A stretch of 41,870 bases of DNA from Thermodesulfovibrionales bacterium (GCA_044450345.1 JBIOIY010000023.1:1-41870), one strand, 5' to 3'. Counted from the first letter of the stretch, positions 9,150 to 20,135 are shown. Numbers and translations: made by a program. The notes: generated from the letters alone by a model not told the origin.

Positions 9150-12100
9150 CTATTTCAATTTAAAATCGACGCGGCTGTCTTTTAATTTTTCTTTTTTCTC
9201 GGGTGAGAGCGATTTCGGTTCAACCAGGAATATCCTCTCCTGTTCGACTTGATTTGATTTTAATATATGATCTTTCACCTTTAACGCCCGCTGTGAGGCG
9301 AGCAGTCTCAGGTCGTCGTTTTTCACCTCGATGTGGGTGAGCATCAATTTTTCCATTTCAGCCGGAGGCAGGTCTTTTGCAATACCTATGACGTTTCTCG
9401 GCTTCGGGAACCTTTCTTGTTTATAGGCCATCTTCAGGTATTTGGGATATTCTTCTTTTTCGATCTTCACCTCATCTACCGGAACAGGCGGGAGCCCCTT
9501 CTTTACCGACTCCTTCAACTTCTGGGCCCTGATCTTTTTATTGAAGAGATAATCTCTCAATCCTTCCCTGTCCTTTTCGATGTCAACGTATCCCTCTATC
9601 TCGAGTTTCAGAGCAGGCCTGTCGGCGAGCGCCTTAACAAGCTTATCGACCTTTTTAACTCCTTCTTCGTTTATGTCCGCGCTCCCGTAGCCGAAATCGA
9701 TGTAGCTGAGTTCCTCCCCGCCTCCGCCGAAGATCGCACCCAGGAGAGCAAAGGGCGACGTTGCAGCCTTTGCGAGCAGATTCACTATTATCTTGAGTAC
9801 TATCTTTCCGATGCTGAATTTGGGGTCGTCGATGTAGCCCGTTACAGGGATGTCGAGTTTGATCTCTCCCCTCCTGTTTTTGAGGAGCGCTATAGCTAGT
9901 CTAACCGGCAGCTTGGTGGCATCGGGGCTCTCAACCTTATCTCCGAGAGTGAACTGGTCGAGGAATATAGTGTTCTGGGAATCGAGCTTCTTTTTCACTA
10001 TAAGGTATTGCAAGTGGAGCGCGAGTTTGCCCTTCTGGATGGTATAGCCCGCGTATCTGCCTGCATAAGGCGTCATGGGGCCCAGGTCTATATCTTTGAA
10101 GTCGGCCTTCAGATCCACATAGAGGTCTTCCCTGAGCGGGTTTATCTTGCCTGTGATTTCGAGAGGGGCATAATTGTCGAGCTTCCCCTTGAGGTCTAGA
10201 TCGGCAAACTTATCTTCTTCCGAAGAGAGCCCTGAAATCCTGCCTCCCATTTCGATCAGGTTTGCGGAATAATTCGGTTCGATATGCCTGTCGGAAAAGT
10301 TGATCGTCCCTCCCTGAAGGGTAACTCTCTCGATCTTTATCGTCTTTGGCGCGGCGGTCTTTACGTCGGTCTCCGGAGGACTCTGGCTCTTAGCCGGTTC
10401 AGTGGCTGCTGTTGCCGGCGGCTCCGCTTCCACTATCCCCTGAACATTGAGTGAACCGTCGGGGTTGATGATCAGGCGTGAATAAAAATCTGTAAGGGCG
10501 ATCTCCTGTATATTGACGAAGAGAGGATTGTATCCCGCGTTTATGCCGTCGAAGTGTAGTGAGTCCCATTTCAGGAAATCGTCTGCATTTGCCTTGTCGA
10601 GGGAAGAGAACCTCGTAAGAGAGGCCTCGCCGGTGTATACAACTTTAGGACCGGCATCTTTTGCGTAAGACAGGGAAAGGTCGCCGTTTGCCGAAATAGC
10701 TCCCTCAGTCAGGACGACCTTTACCTTGTCGGTGAAGTAGGGCTGGAATGGGACGACATCCATGCCTTTCACATTAAACTTCAGATTCGCAGATGGGGGC
10801 GTGAGGCCCAACGTTCCGCTTGTCGAGAGGGTGCCCTTCTTGTTCAGGAGTAAAGAAAGCGAGACCCTGCCCCTGCCTTTTTTCGCCGTTGTGATATCCT
10901 TCCCTGTGACCCTGATGTTGTCGACAGCCATTGTGACCGGCTGCCGCGGAACGAGGTCGGCAACCTTCACGGCATACCCCTCAAGCGAGAAGGCCTTCAC
11001 AAGGACCAGCCACGGTTTTTCGGCCTGCACCTTTTTTCCCTTCAGGGGTTTTTCTTCCTTCACCGGTGCAGGGGGAGTGAGACCTTCTACGTTCAATTTT
11101 CCATCTTTGAAACGTTTAATAGATATCAGACCCTTTTGCGTAAGAAAATTGCCGACCACAAGCTCTTTTTTTGATAGATCGACGTCTGTTTCCTTTATTG
11201 AAATAATGGGTATCTTAAGAAAATCATCTTTATCATCCCTCTTTCTCAGCCTCAGGGAATTAAGGTCGGCCGACATCGCCGTAAGCCTGATTTCAGGCTC
11301 CTCCCCGGTTTTCGAGAAAATGTACCTAGTCTGCAGATCGAGTTGAGCGTCCTCGATATCGAAGAGCACTTTTTCACTGAAGTAAGGTATGTATTTCTTG
11401 AGAGGGACCCCTTTGACCTCCACGGTACCTTCCGTTGCCATAGGGGAGACAGAGAAATCTCCTGCGGCTTTCAGGCTCTCCTTCGCCTCCGTCTGTAAGG
11501 ACAAAGCCACCGCGGTCTTCATATTAGGCCTGTTGCTGAAATGATCTATGTTCAGGCTGATATCTTCTATCGTGGTTTTGAAGGTGGCGGTCTTCAGCGA
11601 ATCCGAAAAGGATATCCTGCCGCCGGCCACCTTGATCTCATCGGCGTCAATGGTCGCGGTCTTTGAAGCTTCTTTTTTCTCTGCGGGGCCCTGTTTCTCC
11701 GCCGAGCCCTGCGGGAACAGGGCCTCCAGATTTGTCTTTCCTGTCCTGTCTCTAACGATGACGATTTCGGGCGATTGAAAAAATATCCTTGAAAGATGTA
11801 CCTTTTGAGAGATCAGGTCGGAAGACGCAATAGATATGGCTGTCAGGGGCAGGCTGATTATACGGTTGTCCTTTTCATCGGCGACCTTGATCTGTTTGAT
11901 GGCGATGTCCCCGGTCAGTGCGAGGGTGGGGGCTTTTTCTTTGTGTTGAGTGTAAGAGACCGCGAGCTTGGTATCGACGTATCCCGAAAGGAGCTTCAAG
12001 TTCATTTTGAAGGGGACATATGCGAGATAATAGGGGATGTTGAAGTCCTTCATGTTTATATCGAAGGAAGTCTCCAGGGAATCGGTGAATGGCTTCGTCT

Positions 12101-12737
12101 TTCCCTTAAAAGAAACAAGGGTGTCGTTGAGTTTTGCCTCAAACAGGGGTTGGACAAATATATCTATATCGTGAGGGAGGTCCGATATGAACGGGATCTT
12201 TATGACAACATCCCGCGCTTTGTGTTTCGTGTGCTTCGGCCCGTCGAGAAAATCGGCGCTGCCGTTCACTATCTGGATATTGTTAAGAGAAAATCTCAAA
12301 GGTTTGGCCTCGGGTGCGGTCTTCGGCTTGCCTTCTTCCAGCAGATCGGAAAAATTATAGGTTGCGTCTTCATTCCGTATGACGTTAATGTAGGGGCGGT
12401 CGATCTTTATTTCCTTTATAACCGGCCCTCCCTTCCAGACAGAGGCGGTCTGGAGGTTCAGATAAAGTTCATCAAAAGAGACGAACGTCCCTGAATTCCC
12501 GCGGTCTTTTACGACGAACCCCTTTATATCGATAGAGAGCATAAAGGGATTGACCTTTATCTTCTGGATAGTGACTTCGCGATGGAGTTTTTCTGAAAGC
12601 TTACTGGTCAGGACAGATTTCAGGATGGGGGGGACAATGAAGAAACCTGTGATAGTAAAGAGGACGAGGAATATCAGCGCCCCGGTGAGGATCTTCCTGA
12701 GTCGCGGCCTCTCTTTGATCCCTCTCATCAGCTCCAT
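9150..12737 (-). CDS. DUF748 repeat (AsmA-like) protein with a C-terminal OmpA-like domain
   Basis: N-terminal TM anchor, repeated beta-rich units (INPDGSLN, PYAGRYAGY, LPVRLAIALLK, ATSPF), and an OmpA-like tail (F.YGS...IEGY.D...LASQRA...RVDF). Confidence 0.85.
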   Translation of the reverse strand: MELMRGIKERPRLRKILTGALIFLVLFTITGFFIVPPILKSVLTSKLSEKLHREVTIQKIKVNPFMLSIDIKGFVVKDRGNSGTFVSFDELYLNLQTASVWKGGPVIKEIKIDRPYINVIRNEDATYNFSDLLEEGKPKTAPEAKPLRFSLNNIQIVNGSADFLDGPKHTKHKARDVVIKIPFISDLPHDIDIFVQPLFEAKLNDTLVSFKGKTKPFTDSLETSFDINMKDFNIPYYLAYVPFKMNLKLLSGYVDTKLAVSYTQHKEKAPTLALTGDIAIKQIKVADEKDNRIISLPLTAISIASSDLISQKVHLSRIFFQSPEIVIVRDRTGKTNLEALFPQGSAEKQGPAEKKEASKTATIDADEIKVAGGRISFSDSLKTATFKTTIEDISLNIDHFSNRPNMKTAVALSLQTEAKESLKAAGDFSVSPMATEGTVEVKGVPLKKYIPYFSEKVLFDIEDAQLDLQTRYIFSKTGEEPEIRLTAMSADLNSLRLRKRDDKDDFLKIPIISIKETDVDLSKKELVVGNFLTQKGLISIKRFKDGKLNVEGLTPPAPVKEEKPLKGKKVQAEKPWLVLVKAFSLEGYAVKVADLVPRQPVTMAVDNIRVTGKDITTAKKGRGRVSLSLLLNKKGTLSTSGTLGLTPPSANLKFNVKGMDVVPFQPYFTDKVKVVLTEGAISANGDLSLSYAKDAGPKVVYTGEASLTRFSSLDKANADDFLKWDSLHFDGINAGYNPLFVNIQEIALTDFYSRLIINPDGSLNVQGIVEAEPPATAATEPAKSQSPPETDVKTAAPKTIKIERVTLQGGTINFSDRHIEPNYSANLIEMGGRISGLSSEEDKFADLDLKGKLDNYAPLEITGKINPLREDLYVDLKADFKDIDLGPMTPYAGRYAGYTIQKGKLALHLQYLIVKKKLDSQNTIFLDQFTLGDKVESPDATKLPVRLAIALLKNRRGEIKLDIPVTGYIDDPKFSIGKIVLKIIVNLLAKAATSPFALLGAIFGGGGEELSYIDFGYGSADINEEGVKKVDKLVKALADRPALKLEIEGYVDIEKDREGLRDYLFNKKIRAQKLKESVKKGLPPVPVDEVKIEKEEYPKYLKMAYKQERFPKPRNVIGIAKDLPPAEMEKLMLTHIEVKNDDLRLLASQRALKVKDHILKSNQVEQERIFLVEPKSLSPEKKEKLKDSRVDFKLK

Positions 12738-12748
12738 TGAAATATTCC

Positions 12749-13465
12749 TTACTTACCGAAAACGGTTTTGAGCAAGTCCGTGGCCCTCGCTGCAGGGTCG
12801 GTCCTGATCTTCTTCTCCTCCTGGCCGACCATGTAAAAGAGGCCGTCCAATGCCTTGTTGGTCACATAGTGGTCCAGATCGAGGGACTGCTTATCCATAA
12901 AGGGGACAGATTCATATTTCCCCATCATCTCCTTGTAAGAACGCGTACATCCGACCTCGTCCATGCTTGACGAGACAACAGGCTTGAATGCGCCATAGAG
13001 TTTGTCATGAGTCTTTTGTTTGAAAAACTCCGTTGCCGCAGTGTCGCCCCCGCCCAGGATATTCCTCGCATCTTCAAATGTCATCTCTTTGATCGCATCA
13101 ACAAAAAAAGAAACTGCCTTCGGCGCCGCTTTCTCGGCCGCCCTGTTCATGCTCAGCACAAACTCGTCGACCTGTTTCTGGTAACCGACTTTTCGGAGGA
13201 CATTTCCCACCTTCTGGATGGTATCAGGCATCAGAATTTTGATCGCCTGATTCCCGAAATAGCCGTCCATGCGGGAGACGTTGTCTACCGCTTTTTCGGT
13301 GCTTATAGACAGGGCCTCCTTGAGCCCTGATGCCGTGGTGCTTTCATCAGGACCCTCCTTCTGTGCACCGCCGAAACCCTTCATAATGTCTGCTAATCCG
13401 GCATAGGCCAGAGTTGATGAAAATACCAAAATCAGAATCAGACCAAGAAGAGATGTCCGTTTCAT
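12749..13465 (-). CDS. DUF4197 family exported protein
   Basis: Signal peptide plus [17 protein letters not shown] and ALDGLF...EE..IR.DP motifs. Confidence 0.88.
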   Translation of the reverse strand: MKRTSLLGLILILVFSSTLAYAGLADIMKGFGGAQKEGPDESTTASGLKEALSISTEKAVDNVSRMDGYFGNQAIKILMPDTIQKVGNVLRKVGYQKQVDEFVLSMNRAAEKAAPKAVSFFVDAIKEMTFEDARNILGGGDTAATEFFKQKTHDKLYGAFKPVVSSSMDEVGCTRSYKEMMGKYESVPFMDKQSLDLDHYVTNKALDGLFYMVGQEEKKIRTDPAARATDLLKTVFGK

Positions 13466-13535
13466 ATTCTTTCCTCCTTTTAACCGCTGAACCCTTGCCC
13501 CCGTATTTATTCTGTTTCCGGGATAATAAATATAC

Positions 13536-13991
13536 TCATGTCATCTTGAGCTCAGAAGTGCAGTGTCCGCAGCGGACAGCCTTAACAGGAATGGCAGAGA
13601 GGCAGAAGGGACATTCTTTGGTTGTCGGAGCCCCAGTCGCGGCCTCCTGTTGTCTTTTGAGGTTGTTGATGCTGCGGACAAGCAGAAAAACCGAAAAAGC
13701 GATAACGAGGAAACTGATGATTGTATTGATGAAGAGCCCGTAATTAATTGTGACCGCACCGGCTGCCTTTGCCGCCGCAAGAGAGCCATAAGGCCCGGCG
13801 ACCTTGCCCTCTTTGAGTACTGCAAAGAGGTTTGCAAAATCGACATTCCCCAGGAGCAACCCTACGGGAGGCATAATAATATCGGCAACGATTGAATTTA
13901 CTATGGTCCCGAAGGCCGCGCCGATTACTATGCCGACAGCCATATCAACGACATTACCCCGCATTGCGAATTCCCGAAACTCTTTAAACAC
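13536..13991 (-). CDS. mscL: Large-conductance mechanosensitive channel with a C-terminal CxxC...CxxC ribbon
   Basis: [26 protein letters not shown] and YGLFIN motifs, then CPFC...RCGHC. GTG start with AGGAGG. Confidence 0.95.
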   Translation of the reverse strand: MFKEFREFAMRGNVVDMAVGIVIGAAFGTIVNSIVADIIMPPVGLLLGNVDFANLFAVLKEGKVAGPYGSLAAAKAAGAVTINYGLFINTIISFLVIAFSVFLLVRSINNLKRQQEAATGAPTTKECPFCLSAIPVKAVRCGHCTSELKMT

Positions 13992-14198
13992 GTTCTCCCT
14001 CCTTTTCCTACAAGTATTGAAGCGCGCTTAATCCATGACTGTATCTTACCGCCCTTTACGCTAGGGGGCAACCTTATATTTTTTCGAGTTTCCTGCGTTT
14101 TTTTATAAGAAATCAGTTGCCCTCGGGAAAAGACTGGAAGTGAAAATCGCTTGAGTCCCGATTGAAACCGCTCGAAGACAGTCCCTCCTGCCGCTGTT

Positions 14199-17006
14199 TT
14201 ATTTCAGCTGGTTAAGAATTCTGCCTAGTTCCTCAAGCGCTTTTCCTGCCTCTTCGTATCTGCCTTTTCCCATGAGGCTGCGGTAAGACTCGAACGCTTT
14301 TGCTGCGGCGGCAACCAGGTTTTTTTTGTCCATTTTCTTTTCCTCTTTTACCGCTATGGGCCTTGAGGCGCTTTCACCCGCAGAACCTGAAATCTGCGGG
14401 AAGAACTTGTTCAGCGCTTCTTCGAAGGAAGCGCCGTAGGCGAGCTGATCCCCGAAGACCACCACGACCCTTCTGAGCTCGGGCATCTTCCCCACGGAGG
14501 CCTGGATATAGATAGGCTGTATGTACATGAGGCGGTATCCGGAAAGCGGCACGGCCAGGAGGTTTCCGAACCTCACCTGGCTGCCCTGCTGGTTCCAGAG
14601 AGTGAGGTCCTTGCTTATGGTCTCATCCTGATTTATGCGGATGCCGATCTGAAGCGGCCCGTAGACCTGGCGGTCTTTCGGGAATTTAAAAAGCATAAGT
14701 TTTCCGTAATTATTGCCGTCGCACCGGGCCATGATCATGGACACCATGTTGTTCCTCGGACTGTTCTTGTCGGTGCTGTATGGGGAAAACGGGAGGGTGA
14801 GGACAAACTCCTCCTTATCAGAGTCAGGCAGTTTGGAGATCAGGTAGTATGGCGTAATGGGCTGCGCCTCCCCTGCCGCCCCCGCGACCCGCGATATTTC
14901 CCAGGCATCTTCCCGGTTGTAGAAAACCCCCGGGTCAGCCATATGGTACATCGCAAAGACGTGGCTCTGGATGGTGAGGAGGTCTTCGGGATATCTCACA
15001 TGGGCCTTCAGTGATTGGGTCATGGCTTCGAAAGGCTTAAACAGAGCGGGAAAGGCCCTGGCATAGGCCCGAATGACTGGGTCGGTTTTATCGGCGATAT
15101 AAAAATCCACCGAGCCCTCATATGCGTCGACCACCACCTTCACGCTGTTTCTTATATAATTCGCCTTTTTCATGACCGGCTGGGAATAGGGGTATGTTGT
15201 CGCGGTCGTGTAGGCGTCCCAGATGAAATAGATCTTGCCATCGGCTATTACATGGTACATGTCGTTATCAAAGGTAAGAAAAGGTGCGATGGTGCGGACT
15301 CTCCGGCCGATGTCCCTCATAAAGAGGATGCGGCTTTCAGGAGTAAGTTCCTGGGTGGTAAAGAGCCTTAGTCCGTCGAAATTAATTGCGATGGCGAGTT
15401 TTTTCAGAAAGGTGTCGATCTTCACTCCTGCTTTTCCGTCGTAGGTATTTTGGGCGTTGGTGTCGCCTTTCGGAAAGTCGAATTCCTTCAGCTTCGTGTT
15501 GACGTAGACATGGTTATATGTCTCCTGGCCGAAGTAGATGCGCGGCTGGTTTATCGTAAGTTCGGGATACGACGAGACCACGGGGATGTCCTTCATATAG
15601 TATTCAGGCAAGCCTTCATGGGTGAACTTATTTACCGGAGCGGCCACATCACCGTAGCCATGGGTGTAGATCATTGTCTCGTTCTGGAAAGTCCGCGACT
15701 GGGCGGCGAGGCGATCTATGTTCAGCTCGCGCAGCGACAGCATGAGCTGCGTGAGCTTCCCGCTGAGCATGTAGCGGTCGACGTCCACATCAGGGAAATT
15801 ATAGTAAAGGCGTATGAACTGAGTCTGGTCGTTCACAGACTTCAGGATGTCCGGGGCCCAGAGGCGTATTCCGTTGATGATAGTCAGGTCCCCTGGTGCG
15901 AGGACGCCGCTGGGCGAGGGGTTGACAGGAAATTCTATCTCTTTGACATTCGTGAGTCCGTAGGCTTCCCTGGTGAACTCGATGTTCCTCTGCAGGTAAG
16001 GTTTTTCGAGGGGGAGTTCGTTCGGAGCGACCCTGAAGTGCTGGACCAACTCAGGGATCACCTGAAGCCCGATAAACCATACTCCGCCAAGGAGGGCTGC
16101 GCTTGCGAGATAGATGCCGACGGTCCGCCTCGTAGAACTGGTAAAAGATGCGTAGAGGAAAAGTATGAGGCAGCCTGTCAGGGCGACGAGGGCAACATTG
16201 TATGCGGGCAACTGCGCATGAAGGTCGGTCCATCCCGCCCCATAGACCACACCACGATGGGAATAAAGGAGTTCATAGCGGGCTATGAGGGTCCTGGCGA
16301 TGAAGACCAGGGTACCAAAAACGAAGTTCACCGAGATTTGCGTAACGAGACGATGGACAAAGGGGTTCCGGGTAAAATTGTCAAAGGCAAGGCGCGGGAG
16401 CAGCCGAAAAAGTGCATTCTCGACCGCATACAGCCCTCCGACGAGTAAGAGGTAAACCGTAAAGAGGCTGCTCAGCGAATCCACTACGAAACTCAGGAAG
16501 GGGAGCCTGAAAATGTAGAACCCCATGTCTCTCAGAAAGACTGGGTCTTCCTTTCCGAAGGGTACTGCATTGAAAAAAAGAAGCGCCTCATTCCAGTGTG
16601 CAGAGATTGCCGTGCCTGCGGCAATGAATAAAGGTATCTGAAAAAGAAGCGCGGCGAGGAAGATGATCTTGGAACGATAGTCCCCTGCGGCCGCCGGCCC
16701 TACGGGTCTTGCGCCACGGTGCCAAAAAAAGACATTCGTAATTCCAAAGGATATCGCGACAAAACCGCCGGCCATGAAAAGTTCGGCCTGGAGAAAGAGC
16801 ACCTTCCAGTAGCGGCTCTCGTATCCAAGGTCCCTGTACCAAAGCGAGGCAAGGTATACATCGCTCCAGATGTAGATACCGGCAAGCGTCGCAAATCCGA
16901 GCAATGCAAATGTCGCGGCACTTATATAACGTTTTTGTTTCAGGTTGCTTAGCGAAGGCAGAAAGAAGATTAGGGCTATAAAAACAAAGACGAGAAAGTT
17001 GAGCAT
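14199..17006 (-). CDS. UPF0182 family membrane protein
   Basis: LWY..LGY, DPVF.RD.GFYIF.LP, RLW, DVDRY, YTHGYG, PRIYFG, NYIRNSVK and RYPEDL motifs. Confidence 0.92.
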   Translation of the reverse strand: MLNFLVFVFIALIFFLPSLSNLKQKRYISAATFALLGFATLAGIYIWSDVYLASLWYRDLGYESRYWKVLFLQAELFMAGGFVAISFGITNVFFWHRGARPVGPAAAGDYRSKIIFLAALLFQIPLFIAAGTAISAHWNEALLFFNAVPFGKEDPVFLRDMGFYIFRLPFLSFVVDSLSSLFTVYLLLVGGLYAVENALFRLLPRLAFDNFTRNPFVHRLVTQISVNFVFGTLVFIARTLIARYELLYSHRGVVYGAGWTDLHAQLPAYNVALVALTGCLILFLYASFTSSTRRTVGIYLASAALLGGVWFIGLQVIPELVQHFRVAPNELPLEKPYLQRNIEFTREAYGLTNVKEIEFPVNPSPSGVLAPGDLTIINGIRLWAPDILKSVNDQTQFIRLYYNFPDVDVDRYMLSGKLTQLMLSLRELNIDRLAAQSRTFQNETMIYTHGYGDVAAPVNKFTHEGLPEYYMKDIPVVSSYPELTINQPRIYFGQETYNHVYVNTKLKEFDFPKGDTNAQNTYDGKAGVKIDTFLKKLAIAINFDGLRLFTTQELTPESRILFMRDIGRRVRTIAPFLTFDNDMYHVIADGKIYFIWDAYTTATTYPYSQPVMKKANYIRNSVKVVVDAYEGSVDFYIADKTDPVIRAYARAFPALFKPFEAMTQSLKAHVRYPEDLLTIQSHVFAMYHMADPGVFYNREDAWEISRVAGAAGEAQPITPYYLISKLPDSDKEEFVLTLPFSPYSTDKNSPRNNMVSMIMARCDGNNYGKLMLFKFPKDRQVYGPLQIGIRINQDETISKDLTLWNQQGSQVRFGNLLAVPLSGYRLMYIQPIYIQASVGKMPELRRVVVVFGDQLAYGASFEEALNKFFPQISGSAGESASRPIAVKEEKKMDKKNLVAAAAKAFESYRSLMGKGRYEEAGKALEELGRILNQLK

Positions 17007-17073
17007 TATGGTCTCCCTTTATCCCGTGAGAAGCCGAATGTCCCCATGGGGTTGTGGTTATCATTACCTCAAT

Positions 17074-17102
17074 AGCATAGACAGAAGTGCCTCCGCAGTC
17101 AA
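17074..17102 (-). promoter_or_regulatory. Sigma70 promoter for the UPF0182 gene
   Basis: TTGACT, 17 nt, TATGCT on the minus strand. Confidence 0.65.
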
Positions 17103-17239
17103 TGGCGAGACAGGATATATAGGTATTTATGCTGCACTGCCCGGGGCCGAAAGACGCGTCCCGGAGGCCCGACCCCGCGGAACGCCGGCTGCCCCGGCGG
17201 GGCGGACGAGAGACAGCGACGCCGGACGGTGGAGACAGG

Positions 17240-17884
17240 TCAGCTTCTTTCGGCTCCCGACGACCGCGCCAAATAAATTTCTCCCAGCGCCTGCAGAACC
17301 TTGCCGGCATAATAGGGATCTCCACCTACGTACTCAAACAGGGCCTTTTCGATATTGTTCGTCTTCGACAGGTACCTTTCGAAGATGTAAGCTCCGGAGG
17401 CCACATTGCTCGGTATTTCATACAGATCCCTTTTCTCTTTGACAAGTCCCTGCGCTATCAGCTCTTCAAGCCAGAAATTGGGCATTATACCCATAAGACC
17501 CATCGCGCCCTTCTTGCTTTTCGCGACCGGATTGAATCTGGACTCTACAAGACCGATCGCGATGATAATGTCCGGGTTATTGTTTTTCGCGGCAGCGTCA
17601 TAAATAGCTGAAAGGACCCGTTCGGGCATCTCCGACTTGTCCCTCATCCACCGGAGAATAACGGGCTTAAACGATTTACCCGCGTCAACCATCGGGGCCC
17701 CGACAGACAGCGAAAGAGCGTCCTTTACCTGTTTCGCCGGACTGGTAGCCTCTCCACCTGACAGCATAAGGAAGGGTATCACGATAAGACACAAGGCGGC
17801 AGACTTCGCCAACAATACCCACTTATACTCCACAAGCACATAGCCCTTCGTCATGTCTTTTACCATGTCTTCCAGCATATACAC
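17240..17884 (-). CDS. Lytic transglycosylase (SLT domain) with an N-terminal membrane anchor
   Basis: Catalytic VESRFNP, GAMGLMG (GLMQ variant), N...GA and a C-terminal Y...Y..KV. The start codon is uncertain. Confidence 0.85.
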   Translation of the reverse strand: MYMLEDMVKDMTKGYVLVEYKWVLLAKSAALCLIVIPFLMLSGGEATSPAKQVKDALSLSVGAPMVDAGKSFKPVILRWMRDKSEMPERVLSAIYDAAAKNNNPDIIIAIGLVESRFNPVAKSKKGAMGLMGIMPNFWLEELIAQGLVKEKRDLYEIPSNVASGAYIFERYLSKTNNIEKALFEYVGGDPYYAGKVLQALGEIYLARSSGAERS

Positions 17885-18175
17885 CTCCTGAACGCCTGGT
17901 ACCGGAACAGCAAGGTATCAGGCATTGATAAAAAACCGCCATCCTCTCTATATTCAGAAAGTTTATCACTGCTGCCCAGCCTGATGATGAAAAAGAGCTT
18001 AATAAACCAGTGTGGAGTTGTGGTAGATCTGTATGAAGTTTCTATTTTCTTATTACCACGGAAAGTGATGCATGTCAAGCGGATAAAATTAACCCATCAG
18101 CGTAATTAAGAGTTGCACGTTTCTATCTTTTGTGCTACAGTTTTCTAAAATCTTATAGAATGGGGGAATTAGAAG

Positions 18176-18772
18176 ATGAAAGCAACAATAAGTAGGGTCG
18201 TGGCCTTTCTTGTCATTTTTTTAATTATGGGGGTTTCAATGGCATATGCCGATCCCGCCCCTTCCGCAGGCTATCCAGCCGTAAGTTTCCTGAGTGCTCA
18301 ACTGGGTGCTCAACCCCTTCAAATAGGAGTTGTGAGCAAATTTGAAGCAGGGAGCTTTACTCAGGCCGAAGCGGAGAGTATGTCGGAGGAGGTTACCACG
18401 ATCGTGAGCACTTTGTTGGGGAGCACTCTCGGGACCTCCAGTACGTTGGTCTTATCGAAACATCTCACCCCTAACCAATTGGCCGCGAAGGGGTTTTCCA
18501 GTGCCGATGTATTGGCGGCTTTTGCATTAACTCATTATAAGAACTTTGGAGCACTAATATATATTTTTCTTGATGTAAGCAGAACGCAAGGCGTCGCCGG
18601 CTCGGAGATGGGAAATAATATCAGGATCGATGTCTGGATAGGGGATGCCGCCAATTTACTTTCAGGCTCTCCGATACTTTCGACGCTTGGGGTTACAGGA
18701 AACTATCTGTACGTGACTTCTCTTGAAATCCCCGAGAGCTTTCTGCCACTTGCCATCTCCTTAGGGCTGTAA
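18176..18772 (+). CDS. Hypothetical exported protein
   Basis: Signal peptide ending in AYA, RBS GGGGGA, and a TTGCAC-17-TACAGT promoter at 18113-18141. No family recognised. Confidence 0.7.
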   Translation: MKATISRVVAFLVIFLIMGVSMAYADPAPSAGYPAVSFLSAQLGAQPLQIGVVSKFEAGSFTQAEAESMSEEVTTIVSTLLGSTLGTSSTLVLSKHLTPNQLAAKGFSSADVLAAFALTHYKNFGALIYIFLDVSRTQGVAGSEMGNNIRIDVWIGDAANLLSGSPILSTLGVTGNYLYVTSLEIPESFLPLAISLGL

Positions 18773-18790
18773 TTATCGTGTTTTCTGTAA

Positions 18791-20086
18791 ATGCCCCATC
18801 TCCGGCGTGATCTTTCGGGTCCGCCGGAGACGGACGCTCGAAAGAAGTCATTTTATTTCGTAGCGGCGGCAGGTTGCCTCGCGCTGTTTTCGTTGCTTCT
18901 GACCCATTGCTCAGGGGGCGGAAGCGGCCCGGAAACGAACCATACGGGCCTTGAGAAAATCCAGCATATTGTTTTCATCGTCAAGGAGAACCGCACCTTT
19001 GACAATTACTTCGGCGCCTTTCCCGGCGCCGACGGTGCAACCTCCGGTAAGATCTCCACGGGCGGGGTGATTCAGTTCGGGCGGGCGCCGGACCGTCTGC
19101 CGCGGGACATCGGCCACTCCTTTCAGGCCACTCTCGCCGCCATAAACGGCGGTGCGATGGACCGGTTCGATCTCACCCCGGGCGCCAACGTAAACGGCGA
19201 CTACCTTGCGTATACGCAATACACCGAAGCCGGCATTCCCAACTACTTTGCCTACGCGCGCAACTTTGTTCTGGCCGATGCCTTTTTTTCATCTCTCAGC
19301 GGCCCGAGTTTTCCCAATCATCTTTATACCGTCGGAGCGCAATCCGGCGGAGCGATCAGTAATCCCACCAACACTCTGAACACATGGGGGTGCGACTCCC
19401 CTGAGGATTCGACCGTAGATGTTCTGGATGAACTCGGCAACATCACCCCCAAATATCCCTGCTTCGACTTCCAGACACTCGCCGACAGTCTGGAAGCAAG
19501 GGGGATGAGCTGGAAATACTATGCGCCGGGGCGGGGCCAATTCGGCTATTCCTTCTCCGCACTGAACGCCATCTCGCACATCCGTTTCACTTCGCTATGG
19601 AGCAAACACGTGGTGCCCACAGAGGACTTTGTTCAGGATGCGATCAACGGACAATTGCCCGCAGTGAGCTGGGTTGTCGGCGACGTCTTTGTGAGCGAAC
19701 ACCCTCCCTTTAGCGTCTGCGCGGGCGAGAACTGGACCGTGCAGCAACTGAACGCCGTAATGCAGGGGCCCGATTGGAACTCAACCGTGGTCTTTCTCAC
19801 CTGGGACGACTTCGGCGGGTTTTACGACCATGTTCCTCCGCCGGTAGTAGACCGATTTGGGTTCGGCCCGCGTGTTCCCCTCCTGATAATCTCACCGTGG
19901 GTCAAAAAGGGACATATCTCCCATACTCCGCTTGAATTTTCGTCGCTTCTGAAGTTTGTCGAGACGCGTTTCGGTATGAGTCCGCTCACGCAAAGAGACG
20001 CCGGCGCTCACGATATGTCCGACAGCTTTGATTTCAACCAGTCGCCGCTGTCCGCGCTGATTCTTCCGACCCGGCGCTGCCTGTAG
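18791..20086 (+). CDS. Phosphoesterase family protein (phospholipase C/acid phosphatase type), probable lipoprotein
   Basis: [33 protein letters not shown] and GPRVP motifs. Lipobox-like LTHC followed by SGGG. Confidence 0.9.
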   Translation: MPHLRRDLSGPPETDARKKSFYFVAAAGCLALFSLLLTHCSGGGSGPETNHTGLEKIQHIVFIVKENRTFDNYFGAFPGADGATSGKISTGGVIQFGRAPDRLPRDIGHSFQATLAAINGGAMDRFDLTPGANVNGDYLAYTQYTEAGIPNYFAYARNFVLADAFFSSLSGPSFPNHLYTVGAQSGGAISNPTNTLNTWGCDSPEDSTVDVLDELGNITPKYPCFDFQTLADSLEARGMSWKYYAPGRGQFGYSFSALNAISHIRFTSLWSKHVVPTEDFVQDAINGQLPAVSWVVGDVFVSEHPPFSVCAGENWTVQQLNAVMQGPDWNSTVVFLTWDDFGGFYDHVPPPVVDRFGFGPRVPLLIISPWVKKGHISHTPLEFSSLLKFVETRFGMSPLTQRDAGAHDMSDSFDFNQSPLSALILPTRRCL

Positions 20087-20135
20087 CGGACATTCGTCCC
20101 GGCTGAGCTATCGAGACCTTTTCACAGGGGCCCGC

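Noticed and set aside
15450..17611. Overlapping alternative ORFs (332, 245, 165 and 160 aa)
   Set aside because: Shadow or off-frame ORFs over UPF0182, the transglycosylase and a GC-rich spacer.
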